The notes under the pieces are model-generated. The model worked only from the letters and a program-made list of their open reading frames with translations. It was not told where the DNA came from and did no database searches. Position numbers and translations under genes: made by a program. Positions 1-9,190 of a DNA stretch of 64,000 nt are shown in pieces (position 1 is the stretch's first letter; every line of letters begins with the position of its first letter). Source of the DNA: an uncultured Gammaproteobacteria bacterium (GTDB taxonomy: Bacteria; Patescibacteriota; Patescibacteriia; SG8-24); the NCBI GenBank assembly GCA_964491475.1, contig CAZBFO010000005.1, forward strand, positions 64,841-128,840, written 5' to 3'.

Positions 1-254
1 GCGTAGCGGCCGGTGGCCGGCCATTGGAAGGAGTAACCGAGGGCAGCGTTCGAGTAGGTCTTCATGGAGTCGTCAGCGGCGGCGGGCTTGTTCGTGTCCG
101 TCGTCATTGCGGGCGCGTTGACGTCGGAGCTTGATTCACTTGGCAGAACGAGGGAGCCGGAGTTCGTGTTGGTGTCGGTCGGCGCGGATTCGCAGCCGGC
201 TCCGACGATGAGCAGGGCGCAGGTGAGTGAGGCCAGGATCTTTGGGGCACGCAT
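1..254 (-). CDS. Lipoprotein, 5' part only (runs off window edge); possible PsbP-like domain
   Basis: Manual translation MRAPKILASLTCALLIVGAGC...KTYSNAALGYSFQWP; signal peptide with GAGC lipobox; not in the ORF track because truncated. Confidence 0.75.
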   Translation of the reverse strand, partial: MRAPKILASLTCALLIVGAGCESAPTDTNTNSGSLVLPSESSSDVNAPAMTTDTNKPAAADDSMKTYSNAALGYSFQWPATGRY

Positions 255-376
255 GGCAGAACCAGGGAATGTGGATAAAGGCGCGATCAGTGCAGTCGCG
301 TGTCGATAGTATAGATACCGTTCGGGCATTCGACAATGCGCATTAAAAAAGGGACGCCAGGCGTCCCGAAAGTCGG

Positions 377-649
377 CTATTTGTAGCAGATGACTCGATA
401 GTGGTTCTTGGCGCCGCGGTGTTCGACCTGCAGGCCGATGTAGTGGTATTGCTCTACCACCCAGACCTTGCCGGCGTCGGCGGCGCGCAGGCGGGCGAGG
501 GCGTCTTTGAGGGGCAAGGTCTTGCCATTCAAATCCGCCGCGATCCGCCTGATGGGTTCCGGGATTCGCATGACCGCACCTTGCCTTCCTGGATGCGGCT
601 GGAAGTACGTCCGAGGCGTTTCCATGTCGACTTCCTGGTCTTTGCTCAT
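377..649 (-). CDS. Hypothetical protein (90 aa)
   Basis: ATG at 649 (MSKDQEV) with GGAG upstream; hairpin and T-run just downstream. Confidence 0.55.
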   Translation of the reverse strand: MSKDQEVDMETPRTYFQPHPGRQGAVMRIPEPIRRIAADLNGKTLPLKDALARLRAADAGKVWVVEQYHYIGLQVEHRGAKNHYRVICYK

Positions 650-948
650 GTGTGCTCCGTTCCGTCTGCCTGACAACCTGCCCAGAGGCTGCCAGCAACC
701 ATACAAGCATGTTTTCGGCGGCTTGTGAAGGGGGAGTGCAACGAAACGCGACGTAATTGCGTGCAAACTTTTGGCCCCGTTGAGACGTTTCGGTTTTTGC
801 GCGCGCAAAAAGGCCGTTGCCGCGACGACACCATGCGTGTTGCGATGGCATACTCCTATCGGGTCTTGCATTGACAGCATGACGCCGTGGTGGCAGGATT
901 TCCCGTCGCGCATGAACGCGACGACACCGTTCATTGAAAGGCAAACCT

Positions 949-2049
949 ATGAACATCAAGGTCAGCATCGGTTCGCGTAGCCTGATTAAGCGCAAGGCTC
1001 TTACGGGAGCCTTGGTTACGGCTGGACTTCACGGCATTGAGCCCATCGACCTCGAGGCGCCGTCGGGCGTAAACGCACAGCCGGTCGGCGTGGAGGAAAT
1101 CTCCCGCGGCGCGCACAATCGCGCCTCCGCCGCCGCAGAAGCGGTACCCGGCAGCCTCGCGGTCGGCATCGAAAGCGGCATCGTTTATGGGGCGGATGAC
1201 GCCAACGAGAACGACGTCGGTTGGTCGGACATCGCCATGGTGGTGATCCTGCTGCCCAACGGATGCGAAGTCACCCGATGGTCGCGGGCCGTCCGGCTTC
1301 CGGCCAGCGCTGTCGAGAAAGCGAAATCCCGGGGATTCTCGGTGTGCACCGTCGGCAAAATCCTCTCCGAGGAATACGACAGTGACCCCTCCGACGCGGT
1401 TGCCCCCGCGACCGGGGGAAGGCTCACTCGAGAGAAGGTGCTCGCCGAGGCGATTGCCGCCGCGCTTGCCGAAGCAAAGGCGTCCGCCGCGGACATCTTC
1501 AAAACGGCAGTCACCTCGTACGAGGTGCGCGTCGGGAACGTGCGCCGCATTCTGCCGGTTCGCGAGGTCGCTCCGGGCGTGCGCGTGGCGCTCTTCAACG
1601 TCCTGGACGACTGGGAGCTGACGGAGGCCGCCGGCAAGGAGCTGGCCAAGAAGATGTGCCTGACCGACATGGAAGGTGACGCCTTGGTCATGCCCGACGG
1701 CAAGGCCGTCGCTCTGCTGCATGTCCTCGGCAGGCAGTTGCGAATGCCGATTTTCGTGGCACGCAAGGAGCGCAAACCGTACATGGGCGACACGGTGCGC
1801 TCGGTGACCTACCGAAGCATCACCACCAACCGCGAGCAGTCCCTGTTCCTCTCCGCAGATAACGCGGCGGCGCTCAAGGGCAAGCGCGTCGTCATCGTCG
1901 ACGACGTCGTTTCCACCGGCGGCAGCATCGACGCCGTCAAGGCGCTGATGGCCGAGATCGGCGCGGAAGTCACCGGCATCGCGACCATTTTCTGCGAAGG
2001 CAAGGATCGCCCCGACGTTTGCAGCCTCGGTCTTCTGCCGCTGTTCTGA
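949..2049 (+). CDS. Fusion: YjjX-like inosine/xanthosine triphosphatase domain plus type I phosphoribosyltransferase (APRT-like)
   Basis: N-term GSRSLIK, SGVNAQP, RGAHNRA, GIESGI (YjjX motifs); C-term ARKERK and VVIVDDVVSTGGS PRPP-binding motif. Confidence 0.85.
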   Translation: MNIKVSIGSRSLIKRKALTGALVTAGLHGIEPIDLEAPSGVNAQPVGVEEISRGAHNRASAAAEAVPGSLAVGIESGIVYGADDANENDVGWSDIAMVVILLPNGCEVTRWSRAVRLPASAVEKAKSRGFSVCTVGKILSEEYDSDPSDAVAPATGGRLTREKVLAEAIAAALAEAKASAADIFKTAVTSYEVRVGNVRRILPVREVAPGVRVALFNVLDDWELTEAAGKELAKKMCLTDMEGDALVMPDGKAVALLHVLGRQLRMPIFVARKERKPYMGDTVRSVTYRSITTNREQSLFLSADNAAALKGKRVVIVDDVVSTGGSIDAVKALMAEIGAEVTGIATIFCEGKDRPDVCSLGLLPLF

Positions 2050-2065
2050 CGATCGGCGGCCCGGC

Positions 2066-2093
2066 AGCCCCTCCCGCACGGAGGGGCTTTTTT
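2066..2093 (+). terminator. Rho-independent terminator
   Basis: agcccctcc-loop-ggaggggct followed by T-run. Confidence 0.75.
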
Positions 2094-2301
2094 GATAATA
2101 AAAACGAGCCCTTTATGAGGCTCCCCGCACGAAAATGTCATTTTTGGACGCGTGAGGTACGGCTTGGGAGACTGGTGTGTATATCAGTTTTTTTCCACCT
2201 TGTCAACCCTGGAGGGCCGCATCTTGATTTTTTTGCCGGCATGTGCAATCATCCTCCAGCCCGCCAGACGGCAGGGCACCAGTTGAGTCGGGAGGTAATC
2301 A

Positions 2302-3072
2302 ATGGCGTCAACAAGCGGGGAGATGCGCGCGGTGAGACATTCGGCCCTCGAGTTGCTCCGGCCGCCGGAGCAACAGAGGGCGGTAATCACCGAAGAGCGG
2401 CATGATGCGGTAACGCGTGCGGTACTCACCAACCCCCTCGACGACCCGTACAACCGGGCGGCGAAACGCATCTTCGACATCGTCCTTTCTTCGATCCTCA
2501 TCTTGCTCACCTCGCCGATCATGGCGATAGCGTGGCTTTGCATCAAGTTCGAGTCGCGCGGTCCGGCGCTGCACACGCGGCTGGACGACGGCTCGCCGGT
2601 GTTCCGCATCGGTCGGGACGGCATGCCGTTCCCTTACTGCAAGTTCCGCTCGATGCGGCACGGGACGCACAGCCTTCGTTATACCGCGCTGGCAGAAAGG
2701 AACACGCGTTCCGGACCGCTGGTGAAGATCGACAATGATCCGCGAGTGACGCGGGTCGGCCGCTTCATCAGGAAGTGGCATGTGGACGAGCTTCCGGAAT
2801 TCTTCATGGTGTTGCGCGGCGACATGAGCATCGTGGGGCCGAGGCCCCACCTGCCAGAAGAAGTCGAGAGATACGCGCCGCATCATAGAAAGGTGCTTTG
2901 CGTGAAGCCGGGCATCACCGGCCTGACGCAGATCATGGGAGGGTCACGACTCCGTTACTGCGAGGAAATCGCTTACGATCACGAATACATCCGCAAATGG
3001 TCCCTCTGGAGGGACCTTCTCATCGTGATACGGACTCCTTTCGCTATCGTTTCGCAGCGCGGCGACGACTAG
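2302..3072 (+). CDS. Polyprenyl glycosylphosphotransferase (Bac_transf; C-terminal domain of WcaJ-like proteins)
   Basis: KRIFDI, KFRSM, DPRVTRVGRFIRK, DELP, GDMSIVGPRP, KPGITG motifs. Confidence 0.92.
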   Translation: MASTSGEMRAVRHSALELLRPPEQQRAVITEERHDAVTRAVLTNPLDDPYNRAAKRIFDIVLSSILILLTSPIMAIAWLCIKFESRGPALHTRLDDGSPVFRIGRDGMPFPYCKFRSMRHGTHSLRYTALAERNTRSGPLVKIDNDPRVTRVGRFIRKWHVDELPEFFMVLRGDMSIVGPRPHLPEEVERYAPHHRKVLCVKPGITGLTQIMGGSRLRYCEEIAYDHEYIRKWSLWRDLLIVIRTPFAIVSQRGDD

Positions 3073-3126
3073 CGAGCGCCTTTGCGCCGGCATCCTGTTG
3101 CCGGCGCTTTTCGTTGCAAAAACGTC

Positions 3127-4077
3127 CTATTTTTCGGTCCTCTCGTCGATGAACGATATCATGTGCTTGATGACCGGATCGTCCTTGTGTCCGAACTTCA
3201 GCACCATGTCGATGTGGGAGTAACCCTTGATGACGGCCGCCTTCGGTTTGGAATTGAGCTCATCGAGCTTTTTCTTTGCAGCTTGCGCCTGCCTTTGCAG
3301 GCATTCGGTGTCGTTTTCGGCAGTCAGCAGCAGCATCGGGGGAGTGCCGAGGCGCAAGTGCATCGCCGGCGACCATCGGCTTAAGGAATGCGGTTCGCGT
3401 CCGAAGGCGGCGCGCGTGTTGTTGTCGTTGAAGACCGCGTCCATGCAGGTCAGCATGACCTCCAGATCGTACACTGCGGACATCGGGACGAAGCCGAGAA
3501 TGTCGTTCAGGTCCACGTTGGCATCGCGCAGCAGGCGCTTGTCGGCCGCAAACAGCGCGGCCATCTGCCCTCCCGCGTCATGGCCGGCGACGAACAGCTG
3601 GCGCGGGTTGCCGTCGTAATCGGCGATGCGGCGTTGCGTCCAGCGCACGGCCTTGGCGGCGTCGGCGACCATGCCCGCGAACGGTACGGCCGGGGCGAGC
3701 CGGTAGTTGGGAATCACCGCGCCGATGCCGCGTCGGGCCAGGGCAGACCCGACGTTGCCGTAGAGGCCGGTGAAGGCCGCAAAATAGTTCTTGTCACCCG
3801 ACGTCCACCAGCCGCCATGCAGGAAAATGACGGTGGGGTAATGCTTTTTATGACGCGGCCGGTACAGGTCCAGGCGGTGCTTGCGGTCATCGCTTTCCGG
3901 CACGTAGGGGATGTCGCGGAACACCTCGACGTCGTGCTGCGCGGAGAACAGGCGCAGCCACGGGATGTCCCACAGCAGCACGTACACCACGATGTTGGCG
4001 ATGCTCAAGGCGATCACCAGTCCCAGCAGGGACAACAGCAGGCCGACCAGGAAGAACGGCATAGTCGCGCTCATCAT
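3127..4077 (-). CDS. Membrane-anchored alpha/beta hydrolase (HSL/BD-FAE-like) with Asp at the nucleophile position
   Basis: LDLY, HGGWW, NYRLAP, GHDAGG, ENDT, YSH motifs; N-terminal hydrophobic helix. Confidence 0.85.
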   Translation of the reverse strand: MMSATMPFFLVGLLLSLLGLVIALSIANIVVYVLLWDIPWLRLFSAQHDVEVFRDIPYVPESDDRKHRLDLYRPRHKKHYPTVIFLHGGWWTSGDKNYFAAFTGLYGNVGSALARRGIGAVIPNYRLAPAVPFAGMVADAAKAVRWTQRRIADYDGNPRQLFVAGHDAGGQMAALFAADKRLLRDANVDLNDILGFVPMSAVYDLEVMLTCMDAVFNDNNTRAAFGREPHSLSRWSPAMHLRLGTPPMLLLTAENDTECLQRQAQAAKKKLDELNSKPKAAVIKGYSHIDMVLKFGHKDDPVIKHMISFIDERTEK

Positions 4078-4142
4078 ACCACCTTCCGGGCTCGGCGTTG
4101 GTGCATAAATAAAACCCCTCGAACGAAAGTTCGAGGGCGATA

Positions 4143-4952
4143 TCATCCTTCTTCGGGTTTTTGCCGCTTTTCCAGCCGTGCCGAGTCGAGGGCGTAACGC
4201 ACCGATTCGAGCGCCTCCGCGGGATCCGAAGACTGGAAGCAGCGGAAGGTGTCGCCTAGCAGGACGCAGATGACGTCCTTGCGTTCGAACACTATCGGCC
4301 AGCCTCGGCGCTGGGCTTCTTTGCGGAGGACGCCGTTGGGGTTGAAGGCGATGGGGAATTCCACCTCTTCGAGCATGGAGGCATCGGAGCCGGTGTCGCC
4401 GATGGCGACGGAACCTCGAAGTGACGACTTGTGCTCGGCGACGTGTTCGCGGAGCACCTTGCCTTTGTCATACGCGGGCACCGACTTGTCCTTGCCCGTA
4501 TACCGTCCGTCCTCGTTGGTCTCCAGTTCCGTGGCGTAGTAGTGCTCGAAGCCCCAATAAGGAGCGAGGTGCTCGACCACCTCCTGCATCGCGCCCGTGA
4601 TGGCGATCATCTCGTGCGTCTTGCGGAGTTCGGCCAGGAGGGTGCGCGTGAAGACGTACAGCCAGTCGCGGTGCTTGTCGTACACCTGACGACCGGCCAG
4701 CACCAGGTCCTCGCGCATCTTTCCCTTTATGCGGTGCGTGAAGAGCTGGATGATTTCGCGGTCGTACTGCTCGAAGGAGATGATCCGGTCGCGGTGCTTG
4801 AGCCGCACTTCCCTGAACAGCACGTCGAACACCGGTCGGAAGATGCCCAGCTCCAGGCACTGCTTGGTAAGCAGCACGAGCAGCTGTTCGCGCACCAGCG
4901 TGCCGTCGAAGTCGAAGGCTGCCAGCGGTCGCGCGGGTTTCTTTTTGGCCAT
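4143..4952 (-). CDS. HAD-IB family hydrolase (SerB-like)
   Basis: FDFDGTL motif I, ITG motif II, K motif III, GDTGSD motif IV. Confidence 0.9.
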   Translation of the reverse strand: MAKKKPARPLAAFDFDGTLVREQLLVLLTKQCLELGIFRPVFDVLFREVRLKHRDRIISFEQYDREIIQLFTHRIKGKMREDLVLAGRQVYDKHRDWLYVFTRTLLAELRKTHEMIAITGAMQEVVEHLAPYWGFEHYYATELETNEDGRYTGKDKSVPAYDKGKVLREHVAEHKSSLRGSVAIGDTGSDASMLEEVEFPIAFNPNGVLRKEAQRRGWPIVFERKDVICVLLGDTFRCFQSSDPAEALESVRYALDSARLEKRQKPEEG

Positions 4953-5013
4953 GCATTTCTCCGGTGCAAAGGACGTTGCCTGTCCTTCCTCATACCAGCG
5001 CGCGGCCTAAAAG

Positions 5014-5688
5014 TCAACGCGGAGCCTTCTTCTGCAGTTCCTGTATTTTGAGTTCGCGCAGCAGGATCATCGACGAGGCGGTGCGGATGCGGCCGCTGTC
5101 GACCAGTTCCCAAGCTTCCTCAAAAGACATTCTCCAAAGCCTGATGGACTCGTTGCCGTCCCCGTCGGTCGGGGCAGCGACGATGGGGTCGGGAAGGCTG
5201 GCGATGTAAGCGTGCATCAGCAGCGTCGATTCGCCGATCGACGGATGATAGGTGCCGATCTTCTTGAGCGCGTCTTCGGCGACCACGAAGCCGGTCTCTT
5301 CCTGCAACTCGCGCAAGGCCGCTTTTTCGGGAGTTTCTCCCTCCTCGATGACGCCGGCCGCCAGCTCAAATATCGAGACCGACTCGGTGGAGAGGGAGAA
5401 CGCCGACGCGTTGCCTCCGTCATGCTTGGCGATTTCAAGCGCCGCACGGCCTTCGGGATTGGCGGCGAAGGCGAGCACGTGCCGCGGCTGCTGAATCATG
5501 TAGACGCAGCGATGGGCGTAGTCCACGGGAAGCACCACGGAGGCGTTGCCGCGTTCCAGCAGCTCCATTCGGTGCGTGTAGCCCTTTATGCCGAACGAGT
5601 AGACGTTAAGGAATCCGGACCGTTCCTTGCGGAGGTCTTCGTAGTCGTACGCTTCGTATTGTTTTCCTATCTTGCGGAGCAGTTCCAT
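5014..5688 (-). CDS. NUDIX hydrolase (ADP-ribose pyrophosphatase-like)
   Basis: Nudix box AGVIEEGETPEKAALRELQEETG. Confidence 0.9.
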   Translation of the reverse strand: MELLRKIGKQYEAYDYEDLRKERSGFLNVYSFGIKGYTHRMELLERGNASVVLPVDYAHRCVYMIQQPRHVLAFAANPEGRAALEIAKHDGGNASAFSLSTESVSIFELAAGVIEEGETPEKAALRELQEETGFVVAEDALKKIGTYHPSIGESTLLMHAYIASLPDPIVAAPTDGDGNESIRLWRMSFEEAWELVDSGRIRTASSMILLRELKIQELQKKAPR

Positions 5689-5794
5689 GGGCTGATAGTA
5701 GCACGTCCGAATGCCATTGACACCGCGTCCCCGTTGCGTAAAGTGCAGGCGTGCTCTTTTTCCTTTCGTTTCCCCTTCATGCAAGGAGTTCGCG

Positions 5795-6829
5795 ATGTCG
5801 CATGCAGACATGACGGCGCCGCCAAGGCGGGCGCTGGTGACCGGAGCAAACGGCTTCATGGGCACGTACATGACCGACCTCCTCGCGGGGGAGGGCGTCG
5901 CCGTGCTCGCCACGGACGTCGGTCCGTCCAGCACCTATCAAGGCAAGCCGAACGCGGCGGGCTTCGATTACTGCCAGTGCGACCTGCGCGACTGGAAAGG
6001 CGTGCAGGCGCTCGCTTCGCGCGAGAACCCGGATTACGTCTTCCACATCGCCGGCCTGTTCGACTACGGCGCCCCCAAGGAGCTGCTGTACGAAGTGAAC
6101 GTCAACGGTTCCAAGAACCTGATGCTCGCGCTCGCGACCAGGGGCAACTTGCCCAAGCGCTTCGTGACGTGGGGAGCGGCCGGCATCTACGACTTCGCCA
6201 AGGAGTCTCCCGCCAAGGAGACTTCGCCGGTGAATCCGCAGGGCGGCTACCTCACCTCGAAGTTCGAGGCCGAGCTGTCCATGTTCACCCTCGGCGCCAA
6301 GGTCGGCATTCCGGTGACGTCGCTGCGTCCCGGAGGCGTGTACGGTCCGCGCAGCAAGTACGGCGTGGCCACCTCCATCTTCATCGCCGCGCGTGGCGGC
6401 ATGGGGCCGTTCTACTTCGGTCCCGGCAACACTCGCGCGGGAATGGTGCATGCGGAGGACGTCTGCCGAGCGGCGTGGTTCGTCGCCAACGACCCCAGGG
6501 CCGCAGGCGAGATCTACAACGTCAACGACAGTTCAGCATACCGCACGTCGGAGCTGATGCGCGTTGCGGCGGTGCGGCTCGGCTTCCCGCTGATTCCCGG
6601 CAACTTCCCGCTGGCCATCATGAAGTTCTTCGTCGGCAACCTCGGCAAGAAGGCCGCCAAGAAGAACCGCGTCTCGATGCTCAACGAGGAGATGACCGCG
6701 CTCGTCGCCTACGACGCGCTGCTCGATCCGTCCAAGCTCAACGAGCTTGGGTGGACGCCAAAGTGGCCCGATTCCATCGAGGGACTCATTGCCACCATCG
6801 ACCAGTATGAAAGAGAGGGCCGGCTATGA
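5795..6829 (+). CDS. NAD-dependent epimerase/dehydratase (extended SDR)
   Basis: VTGANGFMG, YxxSK (YLTSK), LRPGGVYGP; AAGGAG RBS. Confidence 0.9.
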   Translation: MSHADMTAPPRRALVTGANGFMGTYMTDLLAGEGVAVLATDVGPSSTYQGKPNAAGFDYCQCDLRDWKGVQALASRENPDYVFHIAGLFDYGAPKELLYEVNVNGSKNLMLALATRGNLPKRFVTWGAAGIYDFAKESPAKETSPVNPQGGYLTSKFEAELSMFTLGAKVGIPVTSLRPGGVYGPRSKYGVATSIFIAARGGMGPFYFGPGNTRAGMVHAEDVCRAAWFVANDPRAAGEIYNVNDSSAYRTSELMRVAAVRLGFPLIPGNFPLAIMKFFVGNLGKKAAKKNRVSMLNEEMTALVAYDALLDPSKLNELGWTPKWPDSIEGLIATIDQYEREGRL

Positions 6830-7422
6830 TCGTCGCTGCAGCGTTTCTTTTCCTGGTCGCGGCCGCCGCGGGCTTCGCGCAGTACATGCATGAGGTCCAG
6901 AACAGCCGCAACAAGACCGCTTACACCTTCATCGTCGATCCGCCGACGATGTTCCTGGTGGGCATGCTCGGCACCATGGCCGGCCTGTTCACCCGCAAGG
7001 GGCGCACGCTCACGCAGGCACAGTTCCGCGCGCGCAAGGCCTGGATCGACCGCGCGCTGACCCTGTTCTTCGCGGCGTTCTGGGTCAACGAGCTTCTCGC
7101 CTACTTCAACGTGATGAAGCATCCCTACGACGCCGCCAAGACCGGCAACGACTTCATGTGGAACGGCTACGTCGACCTGCTCGGCTGGCACCCGTTCCAC
7201 TGGTCGCAGGCGACCTACCACTACTGGTGGTCGTTCCCTCTGCTGGCGGGGATGGCGGTGGTGCAGTGGTACTGCCTCCGCGCCGGCCGAGTCATCGGCT
7301 ACATGAACGGCTACTTCGGCAACCTGAACAATTGGTCGACGCCGAAGCCCGGACAGGCAAAAGCAGACGCCAATGCGCCGAAGAACGACGCGCCTTCTCC
7401 GAGCGCCGATCCGGCGGAATGA
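6826..7422 (+). CDS. Hypothetical membrane protein, coupled to the SDR
   Basis: ATGA overlap with upstream stop; 3-4 hydrophobic segments. Confidence 0.75.
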   Translation: MIVAAAFLFLVAAAAGFAQYMHEVQNSRNKTAYTFIVDPPTMFLVGMLGTMAGLFTRKGRTLTQAQFRARKAWIDRALTLFFAAFWVNELLAYFNVMKHPYDAAKTGNDFMWNGYVDLLGWHPFHWSQATYHYWWSFPLLAGMAVVQWYCLRAGRVIGYMNGYFGNLNNWSTPKPGQAKADANAPKNDAPSPSADPAE

Positions 7423-7468
7423 CAGGAACGAACGAAAGCCCGGTCCCATTTGGGGCCGGGCATTTTTC

Positions 7469-8005
7469 TTATCGCGTCGCGGGGACCCAGAGGCCGTCCT
7501 TGGCATGGGTACTTGGCCAAAGGTAGGAAGCCTCGCCGCCGTCCTCAAAGAAGAGACGGACGTTCACGTCCCTCGAAGAGGCGATTTTCCTCTCGATGAG
7601 CACCGCACTCAAGGCCGACGGCTGCGGCTCGCTTTCATAATAGGAAAGGATCGGCACAAGCAGGTTCTGCTGCAGCTTTTCCTGCTCGCCTTCGCGGAAC
7701 TTCACCACCGAAGTGAGCACCTTGATTGCCGGCTTAGGCGCGGGCGGTTCCGGTTTCGGCGCGGTCGCGTCATCGAGCAGGGTGCCTTCGTGCGCCAGCC
7801 GCAGCTGCAGGGCTTGAATGTTTCCTGACATTTCGTAGGCGACGCGGCGCATGTTCCTGAAGGTGCAGAGGCTGATTACCGACAACGCCAGCGCCAGGAA
7901 CAGCACCAGCCAAGCCGCCGATTGCGGTATCTGGAAATCAGGAGCCGTCAGTTTCTTTGCGGCAGACGGCGTGCGCTTTTTTGCGGGCATACGTTTCGTT
8001 GGCAT
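7469..8005 (-). CDS. Hypothetical single-TM protein
   Basis: Basic N-terminus then TM helix; TGnTATAGT promoter-like element upstream. Confidence 0.65.
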   Translation of the reverse strand: MPTKRMPAKKRTPSAAKKLTAPDFQIPQSAAWLVLFLALALSVISLCTFRNMRRVAYEMSGNIQALQLRLAHEGTLLDDATAPKPEPPAPKPAIKVLTSVVKFREGEQEKLQQNLLVPILSYYESEPQPSALSAVLIERKIASSRDVNVRLFFEDGGEASYLWPSTHAKDGLWVPATR

Positions 8006-8104
8006 AGGAGATACGGCTTCACTATAGCAAAACGCGTGCGGGGTTGGGGAGGCCGTGCGGCATTCGTAAAAAAAGAGCCCCCGACGAGTGTCGGAGGCTT
8101 CGGT

Positions 8105-9031
8105 TCAGAACTCGCCAGGGTCCTTCCAGTCGTCCTGCGTCACGTGGGTGACGAAGAGCGGCTGACGCAGGCCGGGGCGGGTGATTGAGAGAAGGAACGG
8201 ACCGTCGATGATGACCGGTCTCGGACCGACGTGGATGCTCTCCGTCGTGACCTCCATCTCGTCGGCGGCTCGGGCCTCGGCGCCCTTGTGGTTCATCTTG
8301 AAGCCCAGTTGCTGGACCGCCTGGGCGACCCATGCGCGTTGGCCCGGATCGGTGAAGGTGAACAGATTCAGCATGTAGTCCAGGCTGCGCTTCTGCATGA
8401 GGTCAACCATCGGGAATCGGACGGCCCCGTAGCCCTTGATTTCCTCGAACTGGGCCGGGAAGGCGGGAATGCTCGGGTCGTCGCTTGCGGGGTCGCCACA
8501 TCCGGGATGCGACGGTGCGAACACCCGGTTCGCGAGCGCGGCGAGATCGAGGTCATCGGCGTCGGTGTCGATGCGCGTCATCCAGACGGCGTATCCCGAC
8601 TTCGTCCTGACGCTGGCGACCGGCTGGTCGTGCACCGGAGATCGGTAGATTTTCACGCCTGCGGAGACTTCCGCCGCCGCATTGACGATCGCCCCGTCGG
8701 GAAGGGTGATTTGCTCGCGGGTGCCCTCTTCGAGCCACTCGACGCCGAGCTTCATGATGCCGGCTGTGAGGAAGGAATCGGGTGCCGGCTCCTTGATCTG
8801 CGCCTTCCATCCGTACTTCTGGAGAAAGGCGACGTGCTCGGCGCCGCTCCAGGTGGCGTTCGAGACGATTTCCCTGATGTTCGGCAAGCTTTCGCGGCAT
8901 GGCGCATATACCTCCTTCAGCCATCTTTCCTGCATCGGCGTCGTGGGCTTCCAGACTCTGTCCGGGCCCAGGATGCGGTCGCCGGCTGCGAGCGCGGCTG
9001 CGGTGGTGTACAACGAAACGCTTTTGCTCAT
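8105..9031 (-). CDS. Divergent serpin-like protein
   Basis: C-term VRFPMV...VAQAVQQLGFKMNHKGAEARAA...IIDGPFLLSI...PLFVTHV resembles serpin s5A-hinge-RCL-s4B/s5B consensus. Confidence 0.6.
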   Translation of the reverse strand: MSKSVSLYTTAAALAAGDRILGPDRVWKPTTPMQERWLKEVYAPCRESLPNIREIVSNATWSGAEHVAFLQKYGWKAQIKEPAPDSFLTAGIMKLGVEWLEEGTREQITLPDGAIVNAAAEVSAGVKIYRSPVHDQPVASVRTKSGYAVWMTRIDTDADDLDLAALANRVFAPSHPGCGDPASDDPSIPAFPAQFEEIKGYGAVRFPMVDLMQKRSLDYMLNLFTFTDPGQRAWVAQAVQQLGFKMNHKGAEARAADEMEVTTESIHVGPRPVIIDGPFLLSITRPGLRQPLFVTHVTQDDWKDPGEF

Positions 9032-9155
9032 GTTGTCTCTCGGCGTGGTGCCCATGCGGGCTTTCGTTCCGCGAGATGCCGTTTCTCCGTGTGAGGCACG
9101 GCTTCGCGGAACGTCTAAGGTAGCGCAATTTGTCGCCTCTGTCAACGGTGGCCGC

Positions 9156-9186
9156 AAAGAAAAAACCGCACGTTCGCGTGCGGTTT
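9156..9186 (-). terminator. Terminator after the serine protease gene
   Basis: aaaccgcacg-loop-cgtgcggttt with T-run on the minus strand. Confidence 0.7.
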
Positions 9187-9190
9187 CCGT

